From: Pseudovirgaria hyperparasitica
Lineage: Eukaryota
Reading direction: 5' to 3' (one strand)
Length of the DNA stretch: 64,000 bases
NCBI GenBank assembly: GCA_010093815.1
Contig: ML996568.1
This document shows, piece after piece, positions 61,677-64,000 of the stretch; positions within the stretch are counted from its first letter, which is position 1, and each line of letters starts with the position of its first letter. Made by a program: the position numbers and the translations under genes. The notes beneath the pieces were generated by a model. The model had not been told where the DNA came from, ran no database searches, and saw nothing but the letters and a program-made list of their open reading frames with translations.

Positions 61677-64000
61677 TCAAGTTTGGCGGTAGCTTTGTGT
61701 GAAAAGTTGATGAATCCATCGCCCTTTCTGGGAAGCGCCGCCTGTGCGAGAACCATCGAGGTCGGTATAGTAAGCAGCTTTTCTGCGTTAGCAATGAACC
61801 TTGATTACCGAGGATGAAGACGCTTATACCCTGTTTATCAAGTAGTTGTAATGCCTGTTGTATGTAGAGAGTGGCTTCACCATCTAGCTTCGCTTCCTTT
61901 TTGACCTGTGGTAACTGTTGTCTGGCGATGTGAAAAGGTACAAAACCCTTTAAGACGCAGCGAAAATGCTGAAGCAGGATACGCGCGGATAGTTTCCATT
62001 TGTCAATTTGTGTTTTTATGACGAAGGTGACCTGACTCTCGAGAGCCTACGAACGATTACTCAGAACAGGATTCATGTATGAATTGACGCGTTACTACTT
62101 ACCGTTTTCATCTTAGATCGAGCGTATGTGCTGGCACCATCATGGATGTACTCGAGATTGGAAAGAAGAACAAAACATGTCAAAAATATTTCATACCAAG
62201 GCTTCGCTCCGGATCCGAATATCTTGCTCTTCAGTCCCTTTACGAGCTCAACTTGGAGCTCGTTAATGTACTTTAGGATAGCAACATCGAACTGATGTCC
62301 CATAGCCTGAGGCAATGGTGTATCCATTCCTCGGTTGTATGACTCATAATCGGAAGGACTTGAGCTGATGTAGTCTACTCGTCGAAACTGCGTTGGGTCA
62401 CCCCCAAAAACCGAGCCATACCCTTGAGACATGATCGCACCGCATTGTATACGGAGAGCCAGTGCGACAATCCTTGAACCTGACTTGTCTCTATAGCGGC
62501 AAGCTTCAAGGAAAGTGAGGTGATTCAAAGGATCATCCCGGTATTGTGAAACGATCCATTTCTCAACGCTGGGTTGCGCAGCCTGAATCAGTCTACTCAT
62601 ATCGTCTACGAGCTTCGAGGTATTGTAGATGGCAAATGGCTGTGTGGTGATTGGCTGCCGTCCACTGATGTGGTACGTAGTAGTATCCATTGCGAGCGTT
62701 TTGTCGACATTATATTGACCATATTGTACAGTTACATGGTGTCCGTGGACTTGGACATTTCCAGGAAGAAACCAATGCACTTCCACGGTAGGTAGAGGCT
62801 CGTCTACACGAATGAAATTATAGCGTATAAATTCAGCATTCTGTTGCCGAAACCTGGCATTGCCTACAACTTACGTTATTAACCTAGTATTGAGTCTCAC
62901 ACAGATATGACTTACAATGCCTGATCATGCTATGATCCGCTAAATCTGCTCTTGTGCATGGCTCCAAAAAGCTACGAGCTGATCCAGCAACTTTAGTGCA
63001 TCGTTGGCATGGATTATTTCCATCGCACTACGAATATGTGAGTACATGCTCGAAGGATGCCTTCTACAGACGAAAAGTGACGACCAGCTGGGAGTCGAAC
63101 CAGAACTCTCTAATCACCATGAAAATCTATAAACATCTCTTAGGCAGGGAGGTCTTGTGACGTCTAGCATTGGAAAGAGGACGTTCGAGAGTAATACAAA
63201 TCTGACAAAAACATACTTACCCCAAGCTTATACATCTTGCAACGTAGACAGCGCCCGGTCTTTCGCATTTCAGCAGCTTTGGCTCGCCCTTCATCAGTCA
63301 ACTTGCCCTGTCTCTTCGACACCTTGCTCTTTGGTTGACGTTTTTTAAAGTGAGCACTACTGCGACTTGGCCCATTCTGATACCGAGGATCCCCTTTCAG
63401 TGGTTGAGGTTCAGCAGGTTCTTCGGCCTGCTCAACTTTAGAATCATGAGCTAGTCCCGCTTCGGCAGATATAGAAGGTGAGCGGTTTTCGTTGCTAGGT
63501 GGGCTATCGATTACAAGCTCCTCTGTTCCATATGGAGAATCATGTGGGGAGCTGATGTTCTGCCACGAGCTTGACGAAGGGACCGGTCCAGCGACAAGGG
63601 GCTGATAGTGGCTTTGCTGAATCCCGGTGATGGTTTGAAAGTTGATACCAGACTGAGTCTCGTCCATATTGAACGGAGCGTAAGGCTCGCTGTTGCCAAC
63701 GCTTACGAAGCTAGGCGTCATTGACGTATATGTGGAGCTGTAATTTTGCGGAGCGCCATGATCGACATGGCCTACCTCTGTCGTCATTGTGAGTCTGCGT
63801 AGGCTATCGTCAGGATTATCTCTAATCACACCATTAGACTGTCAACATACTGGCCTTGCCTATCGACTGTATGACTGTGAACAAGAAAAGCGCCATCACG
63901 GACATTATGTTGGTGATACCCATGAGTAACGGAATTGGAGCGAACCAGCAGTCTACTCTGTTGGCCATCACCAAAACAAAGGGTCGAGCTGGGTGAATGG
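61677..64000 (-). CDS. Zn(II)2Cys6-type transcription factor, 5' end probably outside the window
   Basis: R..AAEMRKTGRCLRCKMYKLG/CDGNNPCQRC-x13-C split by intron 63028-63220; C-terminal region KPWYEIFLTCFVLLSNLE...LLQHFRCVLRG; TGA 61677-61679. Confidence 0.85.

Overview
Gene-dense chromosomal segment of a filamentous ascomycete (Pezizomycotina; short GT-AG introns with CTRAY branch sites, about 50% GC). I can support about 24 protein-coding genes and one intron-containing tRNA-Thr(AGT). Most genes are conserved housekeeping or signalling genes: BDF1, UTP5-like, LSM1, an SDR, APP1, a GMC oxidoreductase, a secreted cupin-like protein, an NAD-dependent epimerase, IRC3, RRN5-like, AVL9, HOG1, a group III G-alpha, a ferric reductase, PMS1, L-2-hydroxyglutarate dehydrogenase, a PTH11-like membrane protein, a peroxisomal thiolase, a BTB protein, a TauD-like dioxygenase and a Zn2Cys6 factor cut by the right edge. 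I see no intact transposon, CRISPR array or secondary-metabolite backbone gene. The most interesting signals are: (1) a train of about 7 short hairpins in the nearly AUG-free leader of the G-alpha gene; (2) a 112-codon AUG-less, Arg-rich in-frame extension upstream of APP1; (3) a ~294-codon frame broken only by three TAG codons, plus other decayed frames between conserved genes; (4) an in-frame tail behind the TGA of the PTH11-like gene; (5) cis-elements that fit the adjacent gene's function (SreA, FarA, PAC/RRPE, MCB). All calls come from reading the sequence and recalled family motifs; no searches or folding programs were run.
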